DNA of 64,000 nt from an uncultured Elusimicrobia bacterium (lineage in GTDB: Bacteria > Elusimicrobiota > Elusimicrobia > Elusimicrobiales > UBA9959), in contig CAISZM010000001.1 of the NCBI GenBank assembly GCA_903889965.1, positions 1,389 through 65,388 on the forward strand, written 5' to 3'. The notes under the pieces are model-generated. The model did not search any database. It worked only from the letters and a program-made list of their open reading frames with translations, and was not told the DNA's origin. The position numbers and the translations under genes were made by a program. Shown piece by piece: positions 36,165 through 45,621 of the stretch. Each line of letters opens with the position of its first letter. Position 1 is the stretch's first letter.

Positions 36165-37283
36165 ATGATGAAACCACTTAAAGTACTGCATTGTACGGAG
36201 TCTTTTGGCTGGTCCGGTGGGGCCGCCCAAAGTCTTTGGCTGGCGTCCGAATTGAGGAAAAAGGGGATAGAGAACATCTTCGCCTGTCCGGCAGGCGGGG
36301 ACCTGGGTCAAAAAGTTAAAACAAGCGATTTTAAGATCATCGATTTTAACCCTGCCAGCAAGATGGACCTGCGGCTGGCTTTTAAGATGTCGAAGGTGAT
36401 AGATGAATTGAAACCCGACGTGGTGCATGCCCACCATCCCAAGGCCCACAATGTCTGCCTTGTAGCTAAGATCCTCTCAAAGCACAAGCCGGTGCTGGTC
36501 GTTTCCAGAAGGGTTTCCCACCGCCTTCCCGACAATTTCCTGGCGCGGCTGAAATATAAAACCAGATACGTCGACGGCTATCTGGCCGTCTGCGAACACG
36601 TGAAGCGGATCCTTGTGAACTACGGCATCGAAAAAGAAAGGATAGAGGTGGTCTACAGCGGAGTGGACAGGCTGAAATACCACCCGGAAAAAAAAGATAT
36701 TAAATTCAGCCGTCAGCTCGGGATCGGGGAAAACGATATCCTCATCTCCATCATCGCCAATTACAGCAGCGATAAAGGGCAGGATATACTGGTTAAAGCC
36801 CTCAGCGTCCTTCAAGGGGGGAGCTTTAAAGTCCTTTTCGCCGGAAGGAACACGGACGGGGAAGAATTAAAAAGCGCGTTCCTGAAGGAAGGCTTAAGCC
36901 TGGACCGCGGCATCTTTCTGGGGCTCAGGGACGACGTCGCCAGGATACTGAATATCAGCGATATAAGCGTGAATTCGTCCAGGACCGAGGCCCTGGCCGG
37001 GAGCATACGCGAATCTTTGGCCTGCGGTGTTCCCGTAGTGGCCAGCGATGTCGGCGGCAACGGCGAGATACTGAAGGACGGCGTGAACGGCTTTTTGTTC
37101 GAGAGGGGAAATTACCGGCAGCTCGCCGGAAAAATAGAAATGCTGATGAAGGACCCGGACCTGAGAAAAGAATTTGCGGCGAGGGGCGTGAGGTCCGTAG
37201 ACGAAAAATTCAGCGTGGAGAAGATGGCTGAAAACACCCTTAACTTCTATCTAAACAGGATAGGACTGGCCGGAAGGCGCTAA
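36165..37283 (+). CDS. Glycosyltransferase family 4 (GT-B fold)
   Basis: N-terminal GWSGGAAQSLWLASELRKKG and C-terminal E-x7-E region EALAGSIRESLACGVPVVASDVGGNGEILKDGVNGFLF. Confidence 0.85.
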   Translation: MMKPLKVLHCTESFGWSGGAAQSLWLASELRKKGIENIFACPAGGDLGQKVKTSDFKIIDFNPASKMDLRLAFKMSKVIDELKPDVVHAHHPKAHNVCLVAKILSKHKPVLVVSRRVSHRLPDNFLARLKYKTRYVDGYLAVCEHVKRILVNYGIEKERIEVVYSGVDRLKYHPEKKDIKFSRQLGIGENDILISIIANYSSDKGQDILVKALSVLQGGSFKVLFAGRNTDGEELKSAFLKEGLSLDRGIFLGLRDDVARILNISDISVNSSRTEALAGSIRESLACGVPVVASDVGGNGEILKDGVNGFLFERGNYRQLAGKIEMLMKDPDLRKEFAARGVRSVDEKFSVEKMAENTLNFYLNRIGLAGRR

Positions 37284-37287
37284 ACCT

Positions 37288-38109
37288 ATGTTCGGATGTA
37301 AAAGAACCCTCCCGGTCATCGCTTACCACCACGTGGCTCCCGACCGGGAGATAACGCCCGGGATCTTCGAGGCCCATCTGCGGCATTTCAGCGAAAAAGG
37401 CTATAAATTCCTGTCGGGGCATGACCTGCTCGATTTCCTGGGCGGTAAAGCACGACCGGGGAAGGCCGTCATGATCACTTTCGACGACGGTTACGCGGAT
37501 AACTGGGTGTACGCCTTCCCTCTCATACGGAAATACAGGGCTAAAGCCCTGATATTCCTGCCGACCTCCTATATACAGAACAGCGAAAATGTCCGGCCGA
37601 CTTCCGAAGAGGGCGGCGGTATATCCGATACCATAAAAAACGAAAGGGGCGCGGAAGGATTTTTAACCTGGGGCGAGGCGCGGAAAATGTCGGAAAGCGG
37701 GTTCATAGAGTTCGGCTCTCATACCGTCAGTCATAAAGATTTTAAAAAAGAAAATGAATACCGGACTGGAATAGGATACGAGCTCTCCGAATCTAAAAAG
37801 GTCATAGAAGACGCTCTGGGCAAAGAATGTTACCAAATGGCGTGGCCCTGGGGATATTATAAAAAGGAATGGCTGAAGTCCCTGGAGAACTGCGGATATA
37901 AACTGGCCTATCTTTATTCGCCGGGGCCGAACTCGGAGGGCTCCGACCCTTTTCTCGTATACAGGTCCGCCGCCCGCGCGTCCGGATGCTTTTTAAGGAA
38001 ATTCCGGCTGTATGAGAACTATTATTTCATGTTCCTTTATAAAAGGATCCATGGCATTGACGCGAGGATCAAGAGGAAGCTGAAATCGCTTTTTGGCAGG
38101 CTCTTCTAA
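37288..38109 (+). CDS. Polysaccharide deacetylase (CE4 / NodB-homology) family protein
   Basis: VMITFDDGYADNW and FGSHTVSHKDF motifs. It starts 5 nt after the GT4 stop. Confidence 0.75.
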   Translation: MFGCKRTLPVIAYHHVAPDREITPGIFEAHLRHFSEKGYKFLSGHDLLDFLGGKARPGKAVMITFDDGYADNWVYAFPLIRKYRAKALIFLPTSYIQNSENVRPTSEEGGGISDTIKNERGAEGFLTWGEARKMSESGFIEFGSHTVSHKDFKKENEYRTGIGYELSESKKVIEDALGKECYQMAWPWGYYKKEWLKSLENCGYKLAYLYSPGPNSEGSDPFLVYRSAARASGCFLRKFRLYENYYFMFLYKRIHGIDARIKRKLKSLFGRLF

Positions 38110-38198
38110 ACCACGGCGTTAGTTACCGATTTACCGATTTAATAACTTGCCGGGAGATACGGACTTGGTCCGCTTTTCCGGGGATGCCGGCGCGCGGC

Positions 38199-39476
38199 TC
38201 AGCGGCTGTGTATGCCGGCCGGCCTGATATCGGTGGGCCTTATGTCGGACGGTCCCGTAGTTTGAAATTGGCTTGTTTTCATCCGCGGTATGGCGGCGGA
38301 CCGGCCGTCGTCCGCTGTTTCAGCGCCCTTCGCGGAATAGGTCTTGATGAAGTCCGCTATCCTGCCCCCCTGCGCTTTATTGAAAAGTTCGGTCCTGGAC
38401 GGGGTGCGCGGGCCTGAAACCCCGGGCCTTTCAGCCGGGGCCGGGCCATCTAAAGCGCCGCTTGCCCCGCCCAAAACGGACAATACGGGCCAGGCGATGG
38501 CGAAGAGCAGCCCGAAGCACACCGCCGCCAGCCACACCATAAGCGAGATATTGAAAATTTTTACCAGCAGCTTGAGGCGGTGCAGGTGCCTGTCGTAATG
38601 CAGTTTGCCCCGGGCGATCAGGGTATCGTCGAGCCGCCCGGCTTTTTCGGCTATCTCCACGCTGTAACGGTCCTCTTTCGGCAACAGGGGAGCCAGGCTC
38701 GCCGAGAACCCCGTTCCCTTATAAAGCATTCCGGATGCGCGTGATAATCTCCAGTGGTCTATCGGGTCGTCCTGCGAGAACTGGAGCAGCACGTCCATCA
38801 TAGTTCCGAGCGGGAGCCCGGCCCTAAGCAGCAGGCCCATCGTGGTGTAAAGGTAATAAAACCTGCCTTCCTCGGAAGCGAACCGGAAACCGGGAAGCCA
38901 ATGCCCGGCGATAGAACCGAGTTTGCGCCCGGGGCCGGAGCGTATGAACATGCGGCCCGCAAGCAGCAGCGCGAGGACGAATAGCGTTAAGGGCGGCCAA
39001 TTCCGGTACAAAATCCCAGCGAAACGGGTAACCGCGAGAGCCCGCGGCGGCAGGGCCGCGCCCGCTTTCAAGAGCGGTTCGAGCACCATCGGGACGACCT
39101 TGAAGGAGACGAGCAGGAACAGCGCGCCGGCAAGGATGACGGCGAAGGCCGGGTAAACGAGCATGCGCTCCAGGCGCCGGCGGAACCGCACCCGGACATC
39201 CAGGCAGTCGGCGTAGAGCTCAAGGAATTCGTCCGTCTTTCCGCTCTCCTCCCCGGCACGGAGCAGGGCGATAAAGACCGGGGGGAATGCTTTCTGCGCG
39301 CCGAAGGCTTCGTGCAGCGCGGCGCCCCCGGAGGCCAGTTCATAGGCCCGGGTGACGACACTCCCGTACCTGCCGGACCTGGCCAGGCTCTCAAAAGCTT
39401 CGCTGAGCGGAAGCCCGCTGCGCACTGTGGAGACCAGCGCGCGGCAGAAATCAGTCAGCCTTTCATCCGATATCAT
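38199..39476 (-). CDS. Type II secretion / type IV pilus platform protein GspF/PilC-like, with ~90-aa C-terminal extension
   Basis: Two T2SSF-like halves (FCRALVSTVRSGLPLSEAFESLA...FPPVFIALLRAGEESGKTDEFLE, and a second copy with YSVEIAEKAGRLDDTLI) with TM helices between them. Confidence 0.65.
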   Translation of the reverse strand: MISDERLTDFCRALVSTVRSGLPLSEAFESLARSGRYGSVVTRAYELASGGAALHEAFGAQKAFPPVFIALLRAGEESGKTDEFLELYADCLDVRVRFRRRLERMLVYPAFAVILAGALFLLVSFKVVPMVLEPLLKAGAALPPRALAVTRFAGILYRNWPPLTLFVLALLLAGRMFIRSGPGRKLGSIAGHWLPGFRFASEEGRFYYLYTTMGLLLRAGLPLGTMMDVLLQFSQDDPIDHWRLSRASGMLYKGTGFSASLAPLLPKEDRYSVEIAEKAGRLDDTLIARGKLHYDRHLHRLKLLVKIFNISLMVWLAAVCFGLLFAIAWPVLSVLGGASGALDGPAPAERPGVSGPRTPSRTELFNKAQGGRIADFIKTYSAKGAETADDGRSAAIPRMKTSQFQTTGPSDIRPTDIRPAGIHSR

Positions 39477-39652
39477 ATCGGAAATATGATACCAAATCGG
39501 CGCTGCCCGGGCCTTTCCGCCGCGGCGGAGCGTGGGCGGTCCCGCTAAAAGTTATAATATGGTCTGCGGGGAAATATGCGGCGCGCGGGGAGCGCCATAT
39601 GAGCGGAAATCCGGTATTTATACCGTAGGTTAAAGCGTATCGAGGAGGCAGC

Positions 39653-40180
39653 ATGAGCGTATCGTCACACCTGAACCCGGAACCGGAGCGCCGGCTCTGG
39701 ATCATGTACGAGAATACGCGCCGCGCGCTGGAATGGACCGACATAAAGCTGGGGGCGCTTACGATCTTCGCCGCTTTCCAGATGGCGCTGATCAGGTTCA
39801 TCTCCCCGGAGGGGCTGGCGAGTTACGCCGCCATCGTGTTATTGGCCGTCATACTGCCCATAGGTATTCTCGCATTATCCCCTTTGATAGAAATGCCTAT
39901 ACGGGCGCCCTTGCTTGAACCCGGGGCCGACAAGCGCGGCTCGTCCGATTGCATGCTGGCCGTGGGCGACATAGCGAAACATCCGCAGATGGAGCTGGTT
40001 ATACTCCTCGACAAGTACCTCGGCGGGGGGATAACCGCCACGCAATACCACGAAGACATCGTGGGGCAGATCCTTACCAGCGCGCGGATCGCGACGCGCA
40101 AACGCCGGCTTTTCCTCGCGGTGTGCGTCCTGGCGGGAATTGCCCAGCTGTGCCTGATCGGGCAGCTCTTCCGGCATTAA
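39653..40180 (+). CDS. Hypothetical 3-TM protein (175 aa), architecture reminiscent of DUF5706/Pycsar-type or SLATT-type membrane effectors
   Basis: N-terminal helix ...ENTRRALEWTDIKLGALTIFAAFQMALI, a second TM YAAIVLLAVILPIGILALSPLI, a soluble helical segment ...YHEDIVGQILTSARIATRKRRLF, and a final TM LAVCVLAGIAQLCLIGQLF. The family call comes from memory of the domain layout only. Confidence 0.3.
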   Translation: MSVSSHLNPEPERRLWIMYENTRRALEWTDIKLGALTIFAAFQMALIRFISPEGLASYAAIVLLAVILPIGILALSPLIEMPIRAPLLEPGADKRGSSDCMLAVGDIAKHPQMELVILLDKYLGGGITATQYHEDIVGQILTSARIATRKRRLFLAVCVLAGIAQLCLIGQLFRH

Positions 40181-40227
40181 CTCCGTAAGTCCCCGCATCG
40201 ATCCGCAAAAAACGTCCGCCGTTAAAA

Positions 40228-40268
40228 TAAAAACCCCGGCCGCCTTTCAGGGCGCCGGGGTTCTTTGT
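40228..40268. terminator. Bidirectional terminator between convergent genes
   Basis: AACCCCGGC (40232-40240) pairs with GCCGGGGTT (40254-40262). An A-run lies upstream and TTCTTT downstream. Confidence 0.6.
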
Positions 40269-40283
40269 ATCGTGACTCTCGGC

Positions 40284-40703
40284 TTATGGCTGCTTGGTTG
40301 CCGGCGCCGCGTCTTTATGATGCTTTGCGGGATGATCTTTTCTGAATTGCGCTATTTCATCCTTGCATTTTTCCTGGAGAGATTTGACCGATTCTTTCTG
40401 GGCGGCTTTCATTTTATCCACGGCCGTTTTTATCTCTTCCTGGGGTTTTCCCTTCATGCTGTCCCTCAGGGCCTTGATCTCGTCAATGTTGTTTTTCTTC
40501 AGTTCGGCCATTTCGTCTATGTGCTTTTTCCTGAGTTCCACCAGTGTCATCGCTTTGTCAGGCGCGGCTGTGACCGCGGCCGGCAGTACGACTGCGCTAG
40601 TGCTGATCCTCGGTTCGTTCCCGGTGCTGGTGACTACTATGCTCCCGGCTTGGGCAAAAGCGCCAAACCCGGTTATTAACGCTATCGCGATCAATGTTTT
40701 CAT
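40284..40703 (-). CDS. Hypothetical periplasmic Lys/Glu-rich helical protein
   Basis: ATG 40703 follows GGAGG. Signal peptide MKTLIAIALITGFGAFAQA, then a charged helical region (LRKKHIDEMAELKKNNIDEIKALRDSMKGK...). This looks Spy/CpxP-like in style only. Confidence 0.45.
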   Translation of the reverse strand: MKTLIAIALITGFGAFAQAGSIVVTSTGNEPRISTSAVVLPAAVTAAPDKAMTLVELRKKHIDEMAELKKNNIDEIKALRDSMKGKPQEEIKTAVDKMKAAQKESVKSLQEKCKDEIAQFRKDHPAKHHKDAAPATKQP

Positions 40704-40774
40704 GGGTTCCTCCAAAAATATTCTGCTCTCCGTATATTACCATAAGTTCGGCCCGCAAAACATCGTATGGAGGG

Positions 40775-43258
40775 CTACAGCCATTTGTGCCTCGGGTAGC
40801 GCCTGGCCAGCTGCGGCCTGAGCTTGGGATAGCTTTCGGCCCAGAAACTTTTAAGGTCCTTGGTGACCTGTACGGGGCGCATGGAGGGGGCGAGTATATG
40901 TACCACCAGCGGCACCCGCCCCGCGGCTATGCGCGGCGTTTCGGTCAGCTGGAACAGGTCCTGTATCTTGGCTTCCAGGAACGGCTCCCCGTTCTTCGGG
41001 TAGCGTATCCTCGCCCTGCGCCCGCCCGGCATCTCCAGGCGCGCCGGGGCGTGCTTGTTTATAAGGCGGTTCTTCTCCCAGCCGAACCATTCTTCGAGCG
41101 CCGGCAGCACGGGCCTGCCTTTAGCTTCGGCCACGCTCCTGGCCCCCGAGCAGATCTCGGCTATAACAAGCTTTAGGTCTTCATCGGTAAGCGGCTCGAT
41201 CCCCAGGTCCGGGCAGGCTTTCGCGAGGAATTCCACCCTGGCAAGCCAATCGTCCACCTCTTCGTTCCAATTCTGGAATTTCTGCCTGCCTCCGGTAAAT
41301 TCCTCCGCGATCAGGTCGGAGGAAGGCTTGTCCGGTTTCGCGGCGGCTATCTCCCGGCGTATGGTAATGTCTCTGTAGAGCGTCAGCTTTTCCGTAACCG
41401 GCGTCAGCATGGTCTCGTCCAGCGCCGGGCGCGAGACCGTCCTTATGTCGGCGGGGAAGGCTTCCAGCAGCCACTCTTCCTTTATTTCGGCGGCGAAAGA
41501 GAGCGTTATATCCGCGCCGGTTTTTTGAAGGCTTTCCATCGCTTCCCCGGCGCAGATAAGCCGGGCGCCCGCGGCGGCGCTTTTGGGGGAGAGACGCGCC
41601 CGCCTGCCCCCCGGAAGCTGGTAACGGCCCCGCTCGGCCGAGAACAGCGCCCCCACCCTTTCGGGGAATGCCCTGAGGAAGCATTGCGCGGCCATGGATA
41701 TTTCCCGGGCCCCGCCCGGTTCCGCGCGTCCGGCCAGGCGTTTTCCCAGCCGCCAGGCGTCGCGGGCCGCGGCGTGTTTCAAACCGGCGCGCTGGCAGGT
41801 ATATGGGTCGAAATCCGAACCGGCGCAGGTTTCCAGCGCCCTTATTACCGCGGCCAGGTCGGAGCGCGTCCCGGCGCTTCGCGCGTCAGGGCCGGCTTCG
41901 TCCAGCCACAGGCCCCGCCCCTGCGCCGCGGCGGCGATGAGAGCGCATTCGTGGGCGCAGCCTAGCCGGGCTCCCTCCACCATCATCCTGGAGTACCTCG
42001 GGTGCAGCGGGTAGGCCGCCATGGCGCGGCCCTCCGGTGTAAGGTCTCCAGCGGCGTTCGCCGCGCCCAGGTCACGGAGCAGCTGCTCGGCGCGCGAGGA
42101 GTCCTGCCCCGAAGGCGGGTCGAGCCAGCGCAGCGAGCCGAAATCTTTGAAGCCGCAGGCCTTCAGCGTAAGCAGGGCTTCGCTCAGGTCCAGGCGCAGT
42201 ATCTCGGGCTGAAGCGAGGCCGGCCTGCCCGCGTTCTCGCGCTCGGTCCAGAGGCGGGCGCAGAGTCCGGGCGCCGTGCGGCCGGCGCGGCCGGCGCGCT
42301 GGGCCGCGGAGGAGGCGGCTATGTTCTCCGTAAAAAGCGTGTTAATGCCGCGGGCCCCGTCGTAACGGGCTATCCGCGCGAGTCCGCTGTCCACCACGGC
42401 CGTTACGCCTTCTATCGTAAGGGAGGTCTCGGCTATGTTCGTGGCGATTATGATCTTGCGCTTGTCCGAGGGAGCGAGAGCCGCGTCCTGCGCGCGCGGC
42501 GGCATATCGCCGTGCAGCGGCATTACGGAGAATTCCGAAAGGGCCGGGATGCCCGCTATAGCCGCGGCTGCGCGGCCGATCTCGTAGGCTCCGGGCATGA
42601 AGACCAGCGCGTGGCCGGCTTTTGCCGCGGGCAGAAGGCGGGCGCAGGTCCTGGCGGCGGCCTCCCAGGGAGGCAGCGCGGCCGTGGCGGGATCGCAATA
42701 GAGCGTGCGCACGGGGTGCATGGTTCCTTCGGCCGTCACCGTCCCGCAGGGGGACATGTAGGCGGCCAAAGCTTTTTCGTCGAGGGTGGCCGACATTACC
42801 ACTATCAGCAGGTCGGGTCTGGCGCCTTTCTGCAGCTCCAGGCAGGCCGCCAGGGTTATGTCGCCGTGGATGTGGCGCTCGTGGAATTCGTCGAGGATTA
42901 TGGCGGAATATTTAGTCAGGCGCGGGTCCGAGATCAGTTCCCGCAGCAGTATCCCCTCGGTCTCGAAAATTATGCGGGTTTCGCGGCCGGTCTTGTCTTC
43001 GAAGCGCACGCGGTAACCGACCTCGCCGCCCGAGGCCCCTCCGCGCTCTTTTGCCACGCGGTCGGCGAGCATGCGGGCGGCCAGGCGGCGGGGTTCCAGC
43101 ACGGCTATCCTGCCTTTCAACTTCCCGGAATCCAACAGGAGCTGCGGGACCTTGGTAGACTTGCCGGATCCCGGCGGCGAGGAAATTATCAGTCTGCGGC
43201 TTTTGGCCGCCGCCCGCAATATGCGCTCCGCGCACCGGAGTATGGGAAGTTGTTCCAT
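40775..43258 (-). CDS. hrpB: ATP-dependent RNA helicase HrpB (DEAH-box)
   Basis: SSPPGSGKSTKVPQ (Walker A), IILDEFHERHIHGD (DEFH box), VVMSATLD, and a long HrpB-type C-terminal domain. 827 aa. Confidence 0.9.
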   Translation of the reverse strand: MEQLPILRCAERILRAAAKSRRLIISSPPGSGKSTKVPQLLLDSGKLKGRIAVLEPRRLAARMLADRVAKERGGASGGEVGYRVRFEDKTGRETRIIFETEGILLRELISDPRLTKYSAIILDEFHERHIHGDITLAACLELQKGARPDLLIVVMSATLDEKALAAYMSPCGTVTAEGTMHPVRTLYCDPATAALPPWEAAARTCARLLPAAKAGHALVFMPGAYEIGRAAAAIAGIPALSEFSVMPLHGDMPPRAQDAALAPSDKRKIIIATNIAETSLTIEGVTAVVDSGLARIARYDGARGINTLFTENIAASSAAQRAGRAGRTAPGLCARLWTERENAGRPASLQPEILRLDLSEALLTLKACGFKDFGSLRWLDPPSGQDSSRAEQLLRDLGAANAAGDLTPEGRAMAAYPLHPRYSRMMVEGARLGCAHECALIAAAAQGRGLWLDEAGPDARSAGTRSDLAAVIRALETCAGSDFDPYTCQRAGLKHAAARDAWRLGKRLAGRAEPGGAREISMAAQCFLRAFPERVGALFSAERGRYQLPGGRRARLSPKSAAAGARLICAGEAMESLQKTGADITLSFAAEIKEEWLLEAFPADIRTVSRPALDETMLTPVTEKLTLYRDITIRREIAAAKPDKPSSDLIAEEFTGGRQKFQNWNEEVDDWLARVEFLAKACPDLGIEPLTDEDLKLVIAEICSGARSVAEAKGRPVLPALEEWFGWEKNRLINKHAPARLEMPGGRRARIRYPKNGEPFLEAKIQDLFQLTETPRIAAGRVPLVVHILAPSMRPVQVTKDLKSFWAESYPKLRPQLARRYPRHKWL

Positions 43259-43268
43259 CGCCTACATT

Positions 43269-44033
43269 CTATAACTTACCGGGCGCCCAGTCGTACATGG
43301 CCTCGGCGAAGAAGGCGGCGTGGTCCGAAAGGTCCCTCCACGGGCCCTTGTTCAGCACCTGCGCCTTGAGGATCCTGAACCCGCGCGTATAAATGCGGTC
43401 CAGCGGGAAGACCGGGGTACGGGAGGGGAAGGTGCGGAGTTTGCGGCCGTAAAGCTCGAGGCCTGCGTCCTTCATCAGCAGGCGCGTCTCCAGTTCGTCC
43501 TGCCTGTTCCTGCGCCATTCGTTGAAGTCCCCGGCCACTATGACGGGTTCGGTGTCGGGGACTACCCGGCGTATGTATTCGCAGATCCTGGTGAGCTGCT
43601 TCCCGCGCGAAAAGCTCAGCAGCCCCAAGTGCAGGCAGAAGCAGTGCAGCGGCGGTTTGCCTTCCGGCAGGGCGACGCGGGCGTATAGCATGCCCCTTTT
43701 CTCCACGCGGTTGGTGGAGATGTCCAGTTTTTCGGAATGCAGTATGGGGAAGCGGGAGAGTATGGCGTTGCCGTGATGTCCCGCGGTATAAACGGCGTTC
43801 TTGCAGTAGGCATGGCTGAACCCCGACTTTTCGGTCATGTACTCGTGCTGGGGCGCGGAAGGCCAGCCGAAGCACTTCCCGGCTTTGCGCAGGTTCTGTC
43901 CCACTACTTCCTGCAGGAAAATTATGTCCGCGCCCGTATCGTGCACGCTGTCGCGCAGTTCAGGCAGAACGAAGCGCTTGTTCAGCGCGGAAAAGCCCTT
44001 GTGGACGTTTATCGTAAGCAAGCTGAGTTTCAT
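43269..44033 (-). CDS. Endonuclease/exonuclease/phosphatase (EEP) family protein
   Basis: LLTINVHKGF, DIIFLQEV, VIVAGDFNEW, DLSDHAAF. Confidence 0.8.
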   Translation of the reverse strand: MKLSLLTINVHKGFSALNKRFVLPELRDSVHDTGADIIFLQEVVGQNLRKAGKCFGWPSAPQHEYMTEKSGFSHAYCKNAVYTAGHHGNAILSRFPILHSEKLDISTNRVEKRGMLYARVALPEGKPPLHCFCLHLGLLSFSRGKQLTRICEYIRRVVPDTEPVIVAGDFNEWRRNRQDELETRLLMKDAGLELYGRKLRTFPSRTPVFPLDRIYTRGFRILKAQVLNKGPWRDLSDHAAFFAEAMYDWAPGKL

Positions 44034-44054
44034 GGCCCCCCACGGCTATAATAC

Positions 44055-44087
44055 AAAAAAGCCCGGGTTTTTTGCCCGGGCTTTTTA
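44055..44087 (-). terminator. Rho-independent terminator downstream of ahcY
   Basis: AAAAGCCCGGG / CCCGGGCTTTT stem with a 7-nt loop and T-runs on both strands. Confidence 0.8.
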
Positions 44088-44100
44088 TCGCGCGCGAAGG

Positions 44101-45501
44101 TTAGTAGCGGTAATGGTCCGGCTTATACGGTCCGTCCACTTTTACCCCGATATATTCGGCCTGCTGCGCGGTGAGCTTCGTCAGCCTTACGCCTATCTTC
44201 CCGAGGTGCAGGCGGGCTACTTCCTCGTCCAGCTGCTTGGACAGCCGGTATACGCCCACGGACATCTTCTTGGTCCAGAGCTCTATCTGCGCGAGCGTCT
44301 GGTTTGAGAAGGAATTGCTCATGACGAAGGAGGGATGTCCCTTGGCGCAGCCGAGGTTCACCAGGCGGCCTTCGGCCAGCAGGTATATGGAGCGCCCGTT
44401 GGGAAGGTCGAAGCGGTCGACCTGGGGCTTGATATTTACCATCTTAACGCCCCGGGTCTCCTTAAGCTTCGAGACCTGTATCTCGTTGTCGAAATGGCCG
44501 ATATTGCAGACTATTGCCTGGTCCTTCATCTTCAACACGTGTTCCACGCGTATGATGTCGCGGTTCCCGGTGGTGGTGACGTACACGTCGCCCTCGCCCA
44601 GGGTGTCTTCCACCGTGGCCACTTCGAAGCCTTCCATGGCGGCCTGCAGGGCGCAGATGGGGTCTATCTCGGTGACTATGACGCGGGCGCCGAAGCCGCG
44701 GAGCGAACGTGCCGAGCCCTTGCCCACGTCGCCGTAGCCGCAGACCACGCAGACCTTGCCGGCTATCATCACGTCGGTGGCGCGCTTGATGCCGTCCGCA
44801 AGAGACTCGCGGCAGCCGTAGAGGTTGTCGAATTTTGATTTAGTGACCGAATCGTTCACGTTGATGGCGGGCACCATCAGTTCGCCGGCCTCGTGCATCT
44901 GGTATAGGCGGTGCACGCCGGTGGTGGTCTCCTCGGAAACGCCCCGCCAGTCCTTCACGGCCACGTGCCAGCGTTTCGGGTTTTTCTTAAGTTCAGCTTT
45001 AAGGCAATTGTTCAGTTCCAGTTCGTCCTCGCCGCCGGCCTTGGCGTCGAGGATCTTCGGGTTCTTCTCGGCCGCGAAGCCGCGGTGCATCATCATCGTG
45101 GCGTCGCCGCCGTCGTCCACTATAAGGTTAGGACCCTTGCCGCCGCCGAAGTTGAGCGCGCGGTCGGTACACCACCAGTATTCGGCCAGGGTCTCGCCCT
45201 TCCAGGCGAATACCGGTATGCCGGTCGCCGCTATGGCCGCGGCCGCCTGGTCCTGGGTGGAGAAAATGTTGCAGGAGCACCAGCGCACTTCGGCCCCCAG
45301 AGCCGCCAGGGTCTCTATCAGGACGGCGGTTTGCGTGGTCATGTGGAGGGAGCCCATGACGCGGGCGCCCTTCAGGGGTTTTTTAGCCGAGAACTTTTCG
45401 CGTATGGCCATCAGCCCGGGCATTTCTTTTTCCGCTATCTCTATTTCGCGGCGGCCCCACGCGGCAAGGCTCATGTCTTTTACTCTGTAGTCTGTATTCA
45501 T
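44101..45501 (-). CDS. ahcY: Adenosylhomocysteinase
   Basis: [31 protein letters not shown]..., [16 protein letters not shown], and the NAD-binding [13 protein letters not shown] 45501 follows AAGGAG, although the ORF is open to 45531. Confidence 0.95.
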   Translation of the reverse strand: MNTDYRVKDMSLAAWGRREIEIAEKEMPGLMAIREKFSAKKPLKGARVMGSLHMTTQTAVLIETLAALGAEVRWCSCNIFSTQDQAAAAIAATGIPVFAWKGETLAEYWWCTDRALNFGGGKGPNLIVDDGGDATMMMHRGFAAEKNPKILDAKAGGEDELELNNCLKAELKKNPKRWHVAVKDWRGVSEETTTGVHRLYQMHEAGELMVPAINVNDSVTKSKFDNLYGCRESLADGIKRATDVMIAGKVCVVCGYGDVGKGSARSLRGFGARVIVTEIDPICALQAAMEGFEVATVEDTLGEGDVYVTTTGNRDIIRVEHVLKMKDQAIVCNIGHFDNEIQVSKLKETRGVKMVNIKPQVDRFDLPNGRSIYLLAEGRLVNLGCAKGHPSFVMSNSFSNQTLAQIELWTKKMSVGVYRLSKQLDEEVARLHLGKIGVRLTKLTAQQAEYIGVKVDGPYKPDHYRY

Positions 45502-45621
45502 TGTAGGTTTCTCCTTGGTCGCTGCGGGCATATGGCTCCTTTGCGTAAATCCTGTCTAAATTATAACTTTTTCTCCGCTGCGGGGGGAAACCCGAACCCG
45601 GCGGTTTTGTACAATTTAACA

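Noticed and set aside
42002-43369. 455-aa ORF antisense to hrpB/EEP genes
   Set aside because: Its composition (Gly/Arg/Ala-rich) is an artefact of the opposite-strand helicase gene, which has clear DEAH-box motifs.
44911-45621. N-terminal 237-aa extension of the PAP2 phosphatase ORF (listed as 44911-46323)
   Set aside because: The extension is antisense to ahcY and non-protein-like. A proper signal peptide begins at ATG 45622, in the intergenic region.
45502-45621. Possible SAH riboswitch in the ahcY leader
   Set aside because: The leader (minus strand) contains AGGAGC and GCAGCGACC, faintly like the SAH element core. However, they are separated by an insertion, the leader after the TATAAT box is only ~60 nt, and the characteristic pseudoknot partners are not evident.
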